From the IMG/VR virus record IMGVR_UViG_3300005805_000377, positions 1-27,331 of that record: a stretch of 27,331 bases of DNA; one strand, 5' to 3'. The notes beneath the pieces are model-generated. The model ran no database searches. It was not told where the DNA came from and saw only the letters and a program-made list of their open reading frames with translations. Made by a program: the position numbers and the translations under genes. The first letter of the stretch is position 1; the number at the start of each line of letters is the position of its first letter. Of this stretch, positions 26,965 to 27,331 are shown piece after piece. This stretch comes from a virus (lineage: Duplodnaviria > Caudoviricetes).

Positions 26965-27331
26965 TTACTAAACACCTTCGGTTCTTTAGTTGTTACACTC
27001 ATGCTCAATGACGCCATGTCAGTAATCAATGTAGCATGTTTCCTTGCTCGTGTCAAGGCTGTATACATGTTCTTACGGTTCATCATCGCAAGCATTGACT
27101 TGTTCAATACATATACGATGTGATCGTACTCACTGCCTTGTGCTTTATGCGTAGTCACTACGTAGGCTAGGTAGATATCACGTTGTGGATAACCAACGGT
27201 AACCTTGTTATTATACACTAGCTGAACAGCAGGAGGGATACGACAGATACGATCATCGAAGTCTACGACTACTTCCTCTACGTCACTGACTTCGATTACC
27301 TTACCCACTTCACCATTGAACACGCCCTTAC
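26961..27331 (-). CDS. RecD/Dda-like SF1B helicase, C-terminal fragment (start lies beyond the window)
   Basis: 'GVFNGEVG', motif V 'AYVVTTHKAQGSEY' and motif VI 'YTALTRAR'. The frame is open to the window edge. Confidence 0.9.
   Translation of the reverse strand, partial: KGVFNGEVGKVIEVSDVEEVVVDFDDRICRIPPAVQLVYNNKVTVGYPQRDIYLAYVVTTHKAQGSEYDHIVYVLNKSMLAMMNRKNMYTALTRARKHATLITDMASLSMSVTTKEPKVFSK

Noticed and set aside
1-27331. Stop-codon reassignment as the cause of the split polymerase
   Set aside because: All other genes are intact under the standard code and TAA terminates many of them. Readthrough of the PolN stop would not reach PolC in frame.

Overview
This window is part of a tailed dsDNA phage genome with podovirus-type organisation, arranged as two convergent arms that meet at about 21225. 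The plus strand (1-21224) is a packaging and virion operon: putative terminase small subunit, an SGNH-esterase/tailspike-like gene placed between the terminase genes, terminase large subunit, portal, scaffold, major capsid protein, adaptor, nozzle, tail fibre, holin-like protein, GNAT and four putative internal-virion (ejection) proteins. The minus strand (27331-21230) is a replication arm: RecD-like helicase, dNMP kinase, family A DNA polymerase with an N-terminal UDG-like domain, HTH protein, DUF3987-like ATPase, MazG-like protein and a small hypothetical. The most unusual feature is that the polymerase gene is split inside its polymerase domain, just before motif A. The gap holds two small genes (one a stand-alone WYL domain), each bounded by the same pair of sequences, GAGGGYATGTAA and ATGGCACACATTCAAC. 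Between them sits a 9-codon mini-ORF (MAHIQHEGM) made of the start of the C-terminal polymerase half joined to the end of the N-terminal half. Similar duplicated gene junctions flank the MazG-like gene (15 bp) and the tailspike-like gene (10 bp). An intergenic island at 13838-14041 carries a near-consensus antisense sigma70 promoter overlapped by a perfect 12-bp inverted repeat. All product calls come from motif recognition and gene order by eye; no searches were run.
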